A stretch of 64,000 bases of DNA from an uncultured Muribaculaceae bacterium (GTDB taxonomy: Bacteria > Bacillota_I > Bacilli_A > RF39 > UBA660): positions 772 through 64,771 of the forward strand of contig CAYJFL010000001.1 in NCBI GenBank assembly GCA_964369865.1, given 5' to 3'. Positions 47,640-56,939 of the stretch are shown here, piece by piece. Both the position numbers and the translations under genes were made by a program. Under the pieces are notes generated by a model. It had not been told where the DNA came from. It was given only the letters and a program-made list of their open reading frames with translations, and did not search any database. The first letter of the stretch is position 1. Each line of letters begins with the position of its first letter.

Positions 47640-48321
47640 TTGCGTACTCCCCTTCCTTATACTCTTTTAACATTCTACCTGAATCAAGTACTAATACTCT
47701 TTTATTCATACGTTTTACAATTTTTGTATCATGAGTAACCATAATAATAGTTGTTCCCATTTTTGCAATTTCATTTAAAACGTTCATAATTTCCATACTA
47801 GTATTCTCATCCAAGTTTCCTGTTGGCTCATCACATATTAATAGTTTTGGACCATTTATAATAGCTCTTGCTATAGCAACACGTTGTTGTTCTCCTCCTG
47901 ATAATTCATTCGGATAACTTTTAGCTTTATTTTTAAGACCCACTAAATCTAAAACTTTAATTGTTTTTTCATGTATTTCACTTTTAGTTGCTCCAAAAAT
48001 TTCTAAAGCAAATGCAACATTTTCATATACTGTCTTTTTATTTAATAATTTGAAATCTTGAAACACTACTCCAATTTTTCTTCTTAACTTATAAACTTTA
48101 CTATTTCTAAGTTTTCCAACATTAAGTCCTCCAACTAATATTTCACCACTAGTTGGTTTTTCTTCACGATAAAGCATTTTTATTAATGTACTTTTTCCAC
48201 AACCAGTACTACCTATAATGAAAACAAATTCACCTTTTTTAATCGATAAATTCATATCATGGACAGCTACGACACCAGTTTTATATTTTTTATTAACTTT
48301 TCTTAATCTAATTAACTCCAT
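47617..48321 (-). CDS. ftsE: Cell division ATP-binding protein FtsE
   Basis: 234 aa ABC ATPase (GSTGCGKST, LSGGEQQR, LLICDEPTGNLD). Confidence 0.9.
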   Translation of the reverse strand: MELIRLRKVNKKYKTGVVAVHDMNLSIKKGEFVFIIGSTGCGKSTLIKMLYREEKPTSGEILVGGLNVGKLRNSKVYKLRRKIGVVFQDFKLLNKKTVYENVAFALEIFGATKSEIHEKTIKVLDLVGLKNKAKSYPNELSGGEQQRVAIARAIINGPKLLICDEPTGNLDENTSMEIMNVLNEIAKMGTTIIMVTHDTKIVKRMNKRVLVLDSGRMLKEYKEGEYANESTKNI

Positions 48322-48334
48322 AATTTACCCCTTC

Positions 48335-49210
48335 TTATTTTCCCCCAGATACTTCATATGCATCAGTTACTAAGAAAAATGCATTTGGATCTATTGAATG
48401 TATTCCTTCTTTCGCAACAAAGTATTCTTTAGTAGGTATGATACACATTATAACTTTTTGATGATTACCTGTATATCCACCACGACCATCTAATACAGTT
48501 ACTCCACGGTCTAAATGTCTTGTAATAAACTTTTTAACTTCTGTTTCATGATCAGTAATAATATAGAAACTTTTACTTGAAGATATTCCTAATATTACTT
48601 TATCAGTAATAAAACTAATGATTGCAAGTACAATAACTGAGTACATTGCACTAGTCCATCCTACTACAGCAATACCAGCTAAAATAATTAATCCATCAGT
48701 CCATATCATAGCATTTCCAATCGACATCTTTCCATATTTACTAACTATTTGATTTAATATATCTGTTCCACCAGTTGTATATCCTGTTTTAAATACAAAT
48801 CCAAGCCCTACTCCAGTTAATACTGAACCAAATAAAGCATATAACCATGGATCATATTCAATCACAACGTAATTATTTATTGTTGATGTTAGTTCTACCA
48901 TTAATGGTACTAATAATGCTCCTACTACTGATTTTGTTGTTTTATCTTTACCTATAAATATAAAACTTACTATCATTAATACTGAATTAGCAACTAATAT
49001 AACTAATGATGGTGAAATATCATATAATTCTTTTAATATAATACCTACTCCACCCATTCCATATAGTAATTTACTCGGCACTATAAATAAGTTATATGCC
49101 ATCGATATACAAAAAACTCCTAGTATTAAATACATATATCTAAGTAATCTATCTTTTTTATATATAGCCTTAATAATATTATCCTCTGTTTTTTTTCTTC
49201 TAAATATCAT
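48335..49210 (-). CDS. YitT family membrane protein (DUF161 + DUF2179)
   Basis: 291 aa with 5-6 TM helices and a C-terminal DUF2179-like domain. Confidence 0.7.
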   Translation of the reverse strand: MIFRRKKTEDNIIKAIYKKDRLLRYMYLILGVFCISMAYNLFIVPSKLLYGMGGVGIILKELYDISPSLVILVANSVLMIVSFIFIGKDKTTKSVVGALLVPLMVELTSTINNYVVIEYDPWLYALFGSVLTGVGLGFVFKTGYTTGGTDILNQIVSKYGKMSIGNAMIWTDGLIILAGIAVVGWTSAMYSVIVLAIISFITDKVILGISSSKSFYIITDHETEVKKFITRHLDRGVTVLDGRGGYTGNHQKVIMCIIPTKEYFVAKEGIHSIDPNAFFLVTDAYEVSGGK

Positions 49211-50305
49211 TTTCTACTTCTCCTCTTTAAATTATCATTTATAAATATATCAATATCTCCATCTAACACTTTTTCTACATTTGTATTTTCAGTATTAGTG
49301 CGATGATCTTTAACTAACGAATATGGATGCATTACATAACTTCTTATTTGAGAACCAAAGTTCACATCCATAGTTACTCCTCGCATATCTTTTAATTTTT
49401 CATTTCGCTCGTCTAACTCAAGTTGATATAATTTCATTTTAAGCAATTCTAAACATCTTTCTTTGTTTTGAATTTGACTTCTTTCTTGTTGACAGGTAAC
49501 TACTAACTTAGTTGGTAAATGAGTTATTCTAACAGCACTATCAGTAGTATTAACATGTTGTCCCCCTGCTCCACTAGCACGGTATACATCAATTTTTAAA
49601 TCACCTTCATTAATAATTATATCTATTTTAGATTGTTCAAACAAAGGTGTGACTAATACTGATGCAAAAGATGTATGTCTTCTAGCTCCACTATCAAATG
49701 GTGATATTCTAACTAAGCGATGAACACCTCTTTCACATTTTAAATAACCATATCCATATAACCCTTTAACTAAAACTGTAGCACTTTTAATACCAGCTTC
49801 ATTTCCTTTTTGAATATCAACAATTTCAAACTTATAATTATGTTTATTAGCATATCTTTCATACATTCTAAATAACATATTAGCCCAGTCGCAAGCTTCT
49901 ACTCCACCGGCTCCTGATTGTATTTCAAGTACAGCTCCATTTTGATCAAACTCATCACTAAGTAACAATTTAATCTCAAATTCACTCAAATTTTCTTCAA
50001 TACTAGCAATATCATTTTCAAGCATATTTAAAAAATCTTCATCAATATCTTCATCAAGTAATGATACTGCACTACTAATTTTATTGTTTAAACTCAAACA
50101 AGTTTCATAATTTGTTTTTTTATCATTTAATTCATTTATAACTTCCGAACTTTTATTTTTGTCATTCCAAAAGTCTACTTCTAAAGTTTTCTTTTCTAAA
50201 AGTTCTATTTTTAGTTTTAAATCATCTGGTTCAAAGTGACCTCCATAATGCGGATATTCTTGATTCAAAGTTTAAATACTTATTATTAATTTCATACTTT
50301 TCCAT
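49207..50305 (-). CDS. prfB: Peptide chain release factor 2, with programmed +1 ribosomal frameshift
   Basis: Frame 0 (ATG at 50305, AGGAGG SD) gives MEKYEINNKYLNFESRISALWRSL then an in-frame TGA. After a +1 shift at CTT_TGA, preceded by the internal SD-like GGAGGT, the ORF continues as the 353-aa track ORF with SPF/GGQ motifs (GAGGQHVN). Confidence 0.92.
50228..50243 (-). promoter_or_regulatory. prfB programmed +1 frameshift site (internal SD GGAGGT, then CTT TGA)
   Basis: Minus-strand sequence TTATGGAGGTCACTTTGAACC; the in-frame UGA lies at 50231-50233. Confidence 0.85.
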
Positions 50306-50381
50306 CTTAATCCTCCTAATATATTATAACACAATTATTCCTATTATAAAAAGAAAAACATTCTTTAGAGAATGTTTCTAA

Positions 50382-51041
50382 TTAATCACGAGCTATTAAT
50401 AATAATCTTACTATTTCAAGAGCACTAGCTAAGACTCCAGCTAGATATGTTAATGCTGCTGCAGTTAACATTTTTTTACTACCATGCATATCTTCATTAT
50501 CTAATTCATTACTTAACTGTAGATAATTTAAAGCTCTTTTAGATGCATTAAATTCTACCGGTAAAGTTATCACTTGAAACAATAATCCTAGAGAGGTAAA
50601 AGCTATACCTACATATAAAAGACCTAGTGATGCGAATAGAAAACTTCCTAATATTATAAAGTATGATAACGATGTAGCAACGTTTACTATTGGAAAAATT
50701 AATGATCTTAATTTTAAATAAAAGTATTTATCTTTATCTTGAATAGCATGACCTACTTCATGAGCAGCAACTGCAGTTGCTGCAATTGTATTACCATGGT
50801 ATATATCTGTAGATAACTTAACTACCTTTCTTCTTGGATCATAGTGATCAGTTAATTTACCTTTAGTTTCAACAATATAAACACTTTCTAAACCATTATC
50901 ATCTAGCATTTTTCTTGCTACCTCAAAACCTGTTTTATTTGTTTTAATTTTCTTTTTTGAATATTTTTTATAAGCACTACTAATATTTAATTGAGCTATT
51001 AAGGGTATTATCAGTATTGCTATTATTAACATTAATTGCAT
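50382..51041 (-). CDS. YugP-family membrane zinc metallopeptidase
   Basis: 219 aa, LTDHYDPRRKVVKLS...AAHEVGHAIQ, close to B. subtilis YugP (HExxH). Confidence 0.8.
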   Translation of the reverse strand: MQLMLIIAILIIPLIAQLNISSAYKKYSKKKIKTNKTGFEVARKMLDDNGLESVYIVETKGKLTDHYDPRRKVVKLSTDIYHGNTIAATAVAAHEVGHAIQDKDKYFYLKLRSLIFPIVNVATSLSYFIILGSFLFASLGLLYVGIAFTSLGLLFQVITLPVEFNASKRALNYLQLSNELDNEDMHGSKKMLTAAALTYLAGVLASALEIVRLLLIARD

Positions 51042-51052
51042 ATTTCCTCCTT

Positions 51053-51331
51053 TTAATTAACTTTCTTTAATATAAAATATTTACATTCATAAGCACATCT
51101 ATCTTTAATGTAATCTTCAACATTATCAAAGTTATTAGTTTCATTTAATTTATTATTTTCTTTACTACAAAATCCTTTTAATCTTAATTTACCATATGAC
51201 CAATCACCTAATATATAATCATAATCATAAAAGTAATCTGTGTATAAACGTTCAGTATCTTCAATACTAAAACCATCTTTATATTCTTTAATTAATTCAT
51301 AATTATTATTCTCTAAACATACTTTTTTCAT
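51053..51331 (-). CDS. yutD: YutD family protein (DUF1027)
   Basis: YELIKEYKDGFSIEDTERLYTDYFYDYDYILGDWSYGKLRLKGF...CAYECKYFILKKV closely follows the B. subtilis YutD pattern. The likely start is MKKVCL; the track ORF extends to 51355. Confidence 0.75.
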   Translation of the reverse strand: MKKVCLENNNYELIKEYKDGFSIEDTERLYTDYFYDYDYILGDWSYGKLRLKGFCSKENNKLNETNNFDNVEDYIKDRCAYECKYFILKKVN

Positions 51332-51367
51332 ACTATCACCTCTTTCATTATACACTATTTAAATCAT

Positions 51368-52123
51368 TTAGTTAATAGGTAGATTATAGTTACCTATTTC
51401 TTTAGAGTATTCACCTAAATAATAATCTGGAACTTTACCATTTATAATTTTGATTGCGACTGGAATGTCTGTAGAAGTAGTTACTATTTTACTAGTTAAA
51501 GGTAATATTAACTTTTGATTTACTGTAACTCTTACAAATATTTCTATTAGTGCATTATTCATACCATACTCAGTAACTTTTGTTTGGACATTACTTTCTA
51601 TGCTACCAATATAACTTAATCTTACTGGTACTTTAAATCCTGAATTAGCAAGTAATGCATTATTAAAAATAACACCAACAGGTATTTTTAAGACTATCCC
51701 ATCAGATTCACTATAATACTGTAAATTATTACTCTCAATCCCAATTTCTTTCAAACTACCCTTTTCTACTAAATTTAAATTCTTTTGTACTTCAGAAGTA
51801 GCTGTAGATAATAACTTATTAACTATTATAGGATCTAAATCTATACTATTAATATATCCTTCGATATCAGTCGATATTTCATATAAATTATCAACATCTA
51901 AATCATGTGTTACTTCACTATTAATAGCTTCATTTATTACTAATGTTGATAGTCTTTCCATATCTATTTCTGCATATTCTAATATAGTTTTAGATATTAT
52001 TGTATTTAATTTAATAAAAATATTCCAAGAAATAAATAAAATTAGTAAAGTAATTAATAATATTTTTTTTCTCTTTGAAATTCTATAATTATATTTTTTA
52101 TATTTCCTAATTTTTCTTTTCAT
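51368..52123 (-). CDS. yunB: Sporulation protein YunB
   Basis: 251 aa with an N-terminal TM, then ILEYAEIDMERLSTLVINEAINSEV, matching the YunB pattern. Confidence 0.6.
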   Translation of the reverse strand: MKRKIRKYKKYNYRISKRKKILLITLLILFISWNIFIKLNTIISKTILEYAEIDMERLSTLVINEAINSEVTHDLDVDNLYEISTDIEGYINSIDLDPIIVNKLLSTATSEVQKNLNLVEKGSLKEIGIESNNLQYYSESDGIVLKIPVGVIFNNALLANSGFKVPVRLSYIGSIESNVQTKVTEYGMNNALIEIFVRVTVNQKLILPLTSKIVTTSTDIPVAIKIINGKVPDYYLGEYSKEIGNYNLPIN

Positions 52124-52147
52124 ATTTAATAGTATGTTTTTAAGTAA

Positions 52148-52170
52148 TAAAAAAAACTGGAAAACCAGTT
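52148..52170 (-). terminator. Rho-independent terminator downstream of the Tyr/Trp-rich gene
   Basis: aaaactgg-aaaa-ccagtttt hairpin followed by a U-run on the minus transcript. Confidence 0.6.
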
Positions 52171-52171
52171 T

Positions 52172-53548
52172 TTATGCACTTCTATATTTATAAGTATATT
52201 CAACATCTACTTCAATATTTTCTTTATTATAAAAATCGCGGTAAGAAGTATTTGTAATTTTTTCGAATTCTGTTTTATCAACATACTCATCTAATATTAA
52301 GAATGAATATACTTCATAATGAACACGATATCTACTTCTAATTTGAGTGAATACTTCACGGTAAGAAGCATTTTCTTCTGTTCCGTAATTTATATCACGC
52401 CAAGATGATTGATTTGTTTTAGTCGAGTTTTCTAAATCTACATAAACATAATTTCTAGGCGCTGTTGATGTATATGAAGAATATTGACGAGCTTCACCAT
52501 TATACCAACGATAATAATCATCACGGTAAGAATAAACAGTAGCCTTTTCTTCTTTTTCAGTATACTTATCTCCTGGTTGTTCTACACTATATGCTCCATT
52601 ATTCCAATATACTTTTTCACCGTCTTCTTTATAAAACCATCTATATCCTGTTTTAGATCTAATATCACGATAATCTTTAACTTCAGGGTAATCTAAACTA
52701 TATTCAGTCCATTCTCCTACTTTTATAGATGATTTATCTTTATTAGCAAAACCAGCTGGTTGCTCAGTTACATACTCAGAATAGTCATTATTATTATTTT
52801 TATAAAATTTCCACTTAGTATCTACATAACTATAATATGTTTTATCTTCTTGTTCAATAAATGTAGTTATCCCTGGAGATGGTACATCTGGTATAGCTTT
52901 TTCATTTAATGGAAGTTTAATGCCAAACTCATCATCTTTTTCTGTATTAATTTCATCTGGTTCATAATATTTAGTCCACTCTGTTTGATAAGTAGTCGTT
53001 TCGTAGTAATTATATTTTGGTTCTATTTCAACTAATACATTTCCTTTAGGTAATTTAGAACTTGTTTTATAATCTGAATATCTTTCTTCAGTTGAACAGT
53101 ATGATGCATTACTTAATTCTACTCTTTTTAAATACTCTAATTCTTCATCTTTTTGTTTATCATCAACAAAATACTTTGTAATTACTACAGTTGCTGTACT
53201 TCTACTTTCATCAATTGTAATATCACTTTCTGAAACATAATTTTCTTTTATCAACATTTCACCGTCAACTGTTACTTCTTCTGTTTCAACAGCTGGCATC
53301 ATGTTATTATCTTCTAAATATCTTATAGCTCCTTTTTCATAAGCCTCTTCAATACTGTTACATGTTTTATTTTTATTAGCTGTATTTATAGTTGTTACAG
53401 TAAATACTATTATAGTGATTCCTAAAATTATTGCTGCTAAAATAATTAGAGCTTTTCTTTGATCCAGTGGTTTTTTCGCAACAATATTACTAGGTTCTTC
53501 TACATAACCTTTTCTTTTAAATATTCCAAACATATATTCTCTCCTCAA
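52172..53548 (-). CDS. Membrane-anchored extracytoplasmic protein with an unusually Tyr/Trp/Glu/Lys-rich low-complexity region
   Basis: 458 aa with an N-terminal TM (LIILAAIILGITIIVFTV), then a long domain with dense Y/W content (YRWFYKEDGEKVYWNNGAYS, YSYRDDYYRWYNGEARQYSSY). No catalytic motif recognised. Confidence 0.5.
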   Translation of the reverse strand: MRREYMFGIFKRKGYVEEPSNIVAKKPLDQRKALIILAAIILGITIIVFTVTTINTANKNKTCNSIEEAYEKGAIRYLEDNNMMPAVETEEVTVDGEMLIKENYVSESDITIDESRSTATVVITKYFVDDKQKDEELEYLKRVELSNASYCSTEERYSDYKTSSKLPKGNVLVEIEPKYNYYETTTYQTEWTKYYEPDEINTEKDDEFGIKLPLNEKAIPDVPSPGITTFIEQEDKTYYSYVDTKWKFYKNNNNDYSEYVTEQPAGFANKDKSSIKVGEWTEYSLDYPEVKDYRDIRSKTGYRWFYKEDGEKVYWNNGAYSVEQPGDKYTEKEEKATVYSYRDDYYRWYNGEARQYSSYTSTAPRNYVYVDLENSTKTNQSSWRDINYGTEENASYREVFTQIRSRYRVHYEVYSFLILDEYVDKTEFEKITNTSYRDFYNKENIEVDVEYTYKYRSA

Positions 53549-53601
53549 CTTATAAAAATATTATACCATATCAATTTTAAATAAAAAAGATAGAAAGTAT
53601 A

Positions 53602-54162
53602 CTAAATGTATAGGCCTTCTACCTTTTTTTTACTTGCATGTTCATTATATTCATCATATTCTAAAATGGTTATAGGTTTATTTAATTTTAAACTTTTTTT
53701 AACATCAATAATACGTTGATTACTTGAACCTCTAAAATTTAAATTTAAATCTTTTTTATCTAATATAAATTTACCATCAACTAATACATCAATACTATTT
53801 AAAAACTTCATAATAAATTTATTTTTATCACTCATTTTTATTAACTCTTCAAAAGTATAACCTGAATAGCACCAAATATTAACTTTTTTATTAATTAAAT
53901 AATCACTGATTAAATAACAAGCTTCAGCTTGGTGCATTGGTTCTCCCCCTGAAAAAGTAACTCCATCAATTATTTTAATTTCATCTAGAGCAGTAATTAC
54001 TTCTTCTACATCAATTAATGCGCCACCAGTAAAATTTTGTGTTCTAGCATTATGGCAACCAGGACAATTATGAAGACAACCTTGTGTCCAAATAACTGTT
54101 CTGACTCCTGGTCCATCAACAATACTATCTACTTCTAAGTCACTCGCAACTCTAATTTTCAT
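53602..54162 (-). CDS. nrdG: Anaerobic ribonucleoside-triphosphate reductase activating protein (radical SAM)
   Basis: 186 aa with CLHNCPGCHN (CxxxCxxC), immediately downstream of the nrdD pieces. Confidence 0.88.
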   Translation of the reverse strand: MKIRVASDLEVDSIVDGPGVRTVIWTQGCLHNCPGCHNARTQNFTGGALIDVEEVITALDEIKIIDGVTFSGGEPMHQAEACYLISDYLINKKVNIWCYSGYTFEELIKMSDKNKFIMKFLNSIDVLVDGKFILDKKDLNLNFRGSSNQRIIDVKKSLKLNKPITILEYDEYNEHASKKKVEGLYI

Positions 54163-54334
54163 TTTTTTCTTTTACTTTAGAATCACTAATTACTTTTTTT
54201 ATACCAGTATGCTTAACACGGTCGCATTCTTCTGCTTTCTTACCATTATTAAATCTTTTTAAATCACCAGCTAAATAACCAGTAACACGACGAATTCTTT
54301 CAAATCCAATTCCTTCTCCAACAGTTTTTTCCAT
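54152..54334 (-). CDS. Stand-alone glycyl-radical module of class III RNR (C-terminal NrdD segment encoded as a separate 60-aa ORF)
   Basis: MEKTVGEGIGFERIRRVTGYLAGDLKRFNNGKKAEECDRVKH contains the RxxGY glycyl-radical loop and the NxGKxxE...RVxH tail of NrdD. It is in the same frame as nrdD, separated by TAG plus 4 codons. AGGGGGAAAATAAT lies immediately 5' of its ATG. Confidence 0.6.
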   Translation of the reverse strand: MEKTVGEGIGFERIRRVTGYLAGDLKRFNNGKKAEECDRVKHTGIKKVISDSKVKEKNEN

Positions 54335-54346
54335 ATTATTTTCCCC

Positions 54347-56641
54347 CTAACAACCACATTGACTAATTTTTTCAAGTGGTACACTTTCAAATTCTGTACG
54401 TCCACATTTTGGACATTTATCATTAATTACTCCAATATAACCACAAACTGGATCACGATCAACTGGATGATTAATTGCTCCATAACCTATATTAGCTTCT
54501 TTCATAAGTCTAACTACACTTTCAAATGCATCTACATTTTTAGCAGTATCTCCATCAAGCTCTATATAACTTATATGACCTCCATTAGTATAAGCATGAA
54601 ATGGTGCTTCTATATTAATTTTATCAGTAATATCTATTTTATATTTTACTGGTACATGGAATGAATTAGTATAATAATCTTTATCTGTAACACCTTTAAT
54701 TTTACCGTAAATAGCTCTATCTATATTAACAAAGCGACCACTCAATCCTTCAGCAGGAGTAGCTATTAAAGTGAAATTCAAATTGTATTCACGAGCTAGT
54801 GTATCACACTTATCACGCATAAATTTAATTATTTCATGACCTAGTTTTAACGCTTCTTCATTTTCTCCGTGATGCTTACCTACAAGTGCAGCTAGTGTTT
54901 CTGCAAGTCCGATAAATCCAATTGTTAAACTACCATGTTTTAATATTTTTCTAAGTCTATCAGTACTTTTTAGTTTTTCACCATCAGTCCAGATTCCTTC
55001 TTTTATTAAAAATGGGAAGTTATAGTTACGTCTACTACATTGAATTTCAAATCTTTCAAGTAATTGATCTTTAACCATTTCCATTAACTCATCTAACTCT
55101 TGATAAAAAGCATCAAAATCAGCTACTTCATTACTACATATTCCATGTTTTATACCAAGTCTTGGTAAATTAATTGAAGTGAATGATAAATTTCCACGTC
55201 CACCAGTAGTTTGATTATTTACATTAGTAACATCACTCATAACTCTAGTTCGACATCCCATATATCCTACTTCAGTTCTAAAATTACCTTCTTTATAATA
55301 TTCTAAATTAAATGGTGCATCAATAAATGAGAAATTCGGAAATAATCTTTTTGCTGATACTTTACAAGCTAATTTAAATAAATCGTAGTTTTTATCATCT
55401 TGATTATAATTAATTCCTTCTTTTACTTTAAATATTGCGACTGGAAAGATTGGTGTTTCTCCTTTTCCAAGACCATTATATATTGAATTAAGTAAGCTTT
55501 CTGTTACCATTCTTCCTTCTGTTGAAGTATCTGTACCAAAGTTTATTGATGAGAACGGAACTTGTGCTCCTGCTCTAGAATGCATAGTATTTAAATTATG
55601 TACAAATGATTCCATAGCTTGATAAGTAGCTCTATCAGTTTTCATTAAAGCTTTATTATATGCATCTTCAAAAATTTTTCTAACGCTACTACTCTCTTTA
55701 TAAAATCTTTTAAAAGTATCCATATCTAAATCTACACTTTTTAATTTATCAATTTCATTACTAACACTATCCATATTTACAAAACTAAGTAAATCTAGAA
55801 AATCTAATAAATCATATATTTGTTGTTTAAATAATTTTTTAAATGTTATTAGTACTCCTGGTGCTAAATAATAATCAATAGCTGGAATAGACTGTCCACC
55901 ATGTTGATCATTTTGGTTAGCTTGTATTGCTATAGCTGCTAAGGCAGCGTATGTTGCAATATCTTTTGGCTCTCTTATAAATCCATGTCCTGTAGAAAAA
56001 CCATTTTTAAATAATTTATCTAATTCTATTTGCATACAAGTTGTTGTACCCATTGGTAAAAAATCCATATCATGAATGTGAATAAAACCTTCATCATGCG
56101 CTAAGGCAAATTTCTTCTTTATAAGATATGACTTAGCAAATTCTTTTGAAATAGTACTTCCATATTGAAGCATCGTTCCCATTGATGAGTCCCCATCAAC
56201 ATTTGCATTTTCACGTTTTGAGTCATCCTCTACTGAACTTTTAAGTCCTAAACTTTCAATAGATTTTAAAAATTTATGTGTTTTCTTTTCATCAAAAAAT
56301 AATTTTCTTGATTGTGTTCTTCTTTCACGGTAGCTAGCAAACGCTTCGTGTACATCATCATACCCATTACTTTTAAGTTGATCTTCAATTATATCTTGAA
56401 TTTCTTCAATTTTAACTTTTTCATCAAAGTTTTTAACTATATAAGTTATAACTTTTTTATATATTTTTTGAACATCTTTCGTTGTATAATTTGCTACTTC
56501 GTTATCATCTTCATGTGTAACGATGTTATCAAATCCTTTTTTAATTGCTAATGCTATTTTAGTTCCGTCAAAAGGTGCTTTTTTTCCATTCCTTTTAACA
56601 ACACTGATGTTAATTATTTGTTCATCGATTATATCTTTCAT
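54347..56641 (-). CDS. nrdD: Anaerobic ribonucleoside-triphosphate reductase catalytic chain, ending after the Zn-ribbon (lacks the glycyl-radical loop)
   Basis: 764 aa with an ATP-cone N-terminus, class III RNR core and C-terminal CPKCG...CGC Zn-ribbon cysteines, terminated by an in-frame TAG. Confidence 0.88.
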   Translation of the reverse strand: MKDIIDEQIINISVVKRNGKKAPFDGTKIALAIKKGFDNIVTHEDDNEVANYTTKDVQKIYKKVITYIVKNFDEKVKIEEIQDIIEDQLKSNGYDDVHEAFASYRERRTQSRKLFFDEKKTHKFLKSIESLGLKSSVEDDSKRENANVDGDSSMGTMLQYGSTISKEFAKSYLIKKKFALAHDEGFIHIHDMDFLPMGTTTCMQIELDKLFKNGFSTGHGFIREPKDIATYAALAAIAIQANQNDQHGGQSIPAIDYYLAPGVLITFKKLFKQQIYDLLDFLDLLSFVNMDSVSNEIDKLKSVDLDMDTFKRFYKESSSVRKIFEDAYNKALMKTDRATYQAMESFVHNLNTMHSRAGAQVPFSSINFGTDTSTEGRMVTESLLNSIYNGLGKGETPIFPVAIFKVKEGINYNQDDKNYDLFKLACKVSAKRLFPNFSFIDAPFNLEYYKEGNFRTEVGYMGCRTRVMSDVTNVNNQTTGGRGNLSFTSINLPRLGIKHGICSNEVADFDAFYQELDELMEMVKDQLLERFEIQCSRRNYNFPFLIKEGIWTDGEKLKSTDRLRKILKHGSLTIGFIGLAETLAALVGKHHGENEEALKLGHEIIKFMRDKCDTLAREYNLNFTLIATPAEGLSGRFVNIDRAIYGKIKGVTDKDYYTNSFHVPVKYKIDITDKINIEAPFHAYTNGGHISYIELDGDTAKNVDAFESVVRLMKEANIGYGAINHPVDRDPVCGYIGVINDKCPKCGRTEFESVPLEKISQCGC

Positions 56642-56939
56642 AAACTACCTCCGTATACCAAAAATTATAGAACTTTAATTTTAGCTTGTAAATAGAAAAT
56701 ATAAAAAAATATAAAAAAGTTTTTAGTATATTTTATATCACATCGTTGCTTTAGCTATATTTTTCAACAAAATCAACACTTTTGTCATAAAAAACAATTT
56801 TAGAATTTTTAGTAAAAAATTGTAAAACGAACATTTTTAAATTTTACACTTATTTACTTTTTTATATTTTTTTCTAAAAATAATTATAGTTTTATCGTAT
56901 AAAAAATAATACTAATCATATAATTTATTGGGTGATTAT

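Noticed and set aside
54347-54349. Pyrrolysine (UAG) or stop-codon reassignment as the explanation for the in-frame TAG in nrdD
   Set aside because: TAG terminates several other genes in this window, and no pyl genes are seen in the window. The SD and ATG immediately downstream point instead to a two-piece arrangement or a pseudogene.
56642-56927. CRISPR array or tandem repeats in the long AT-rich intergenic region upstream of nrdD
   Set aside because: Only short A/T homopolymer runs and a trivial aatataaaaaa x2 were seen. There are no regularly spaced direct repeats. It is more likely divergent promoters of nrdD and the deacetylase.
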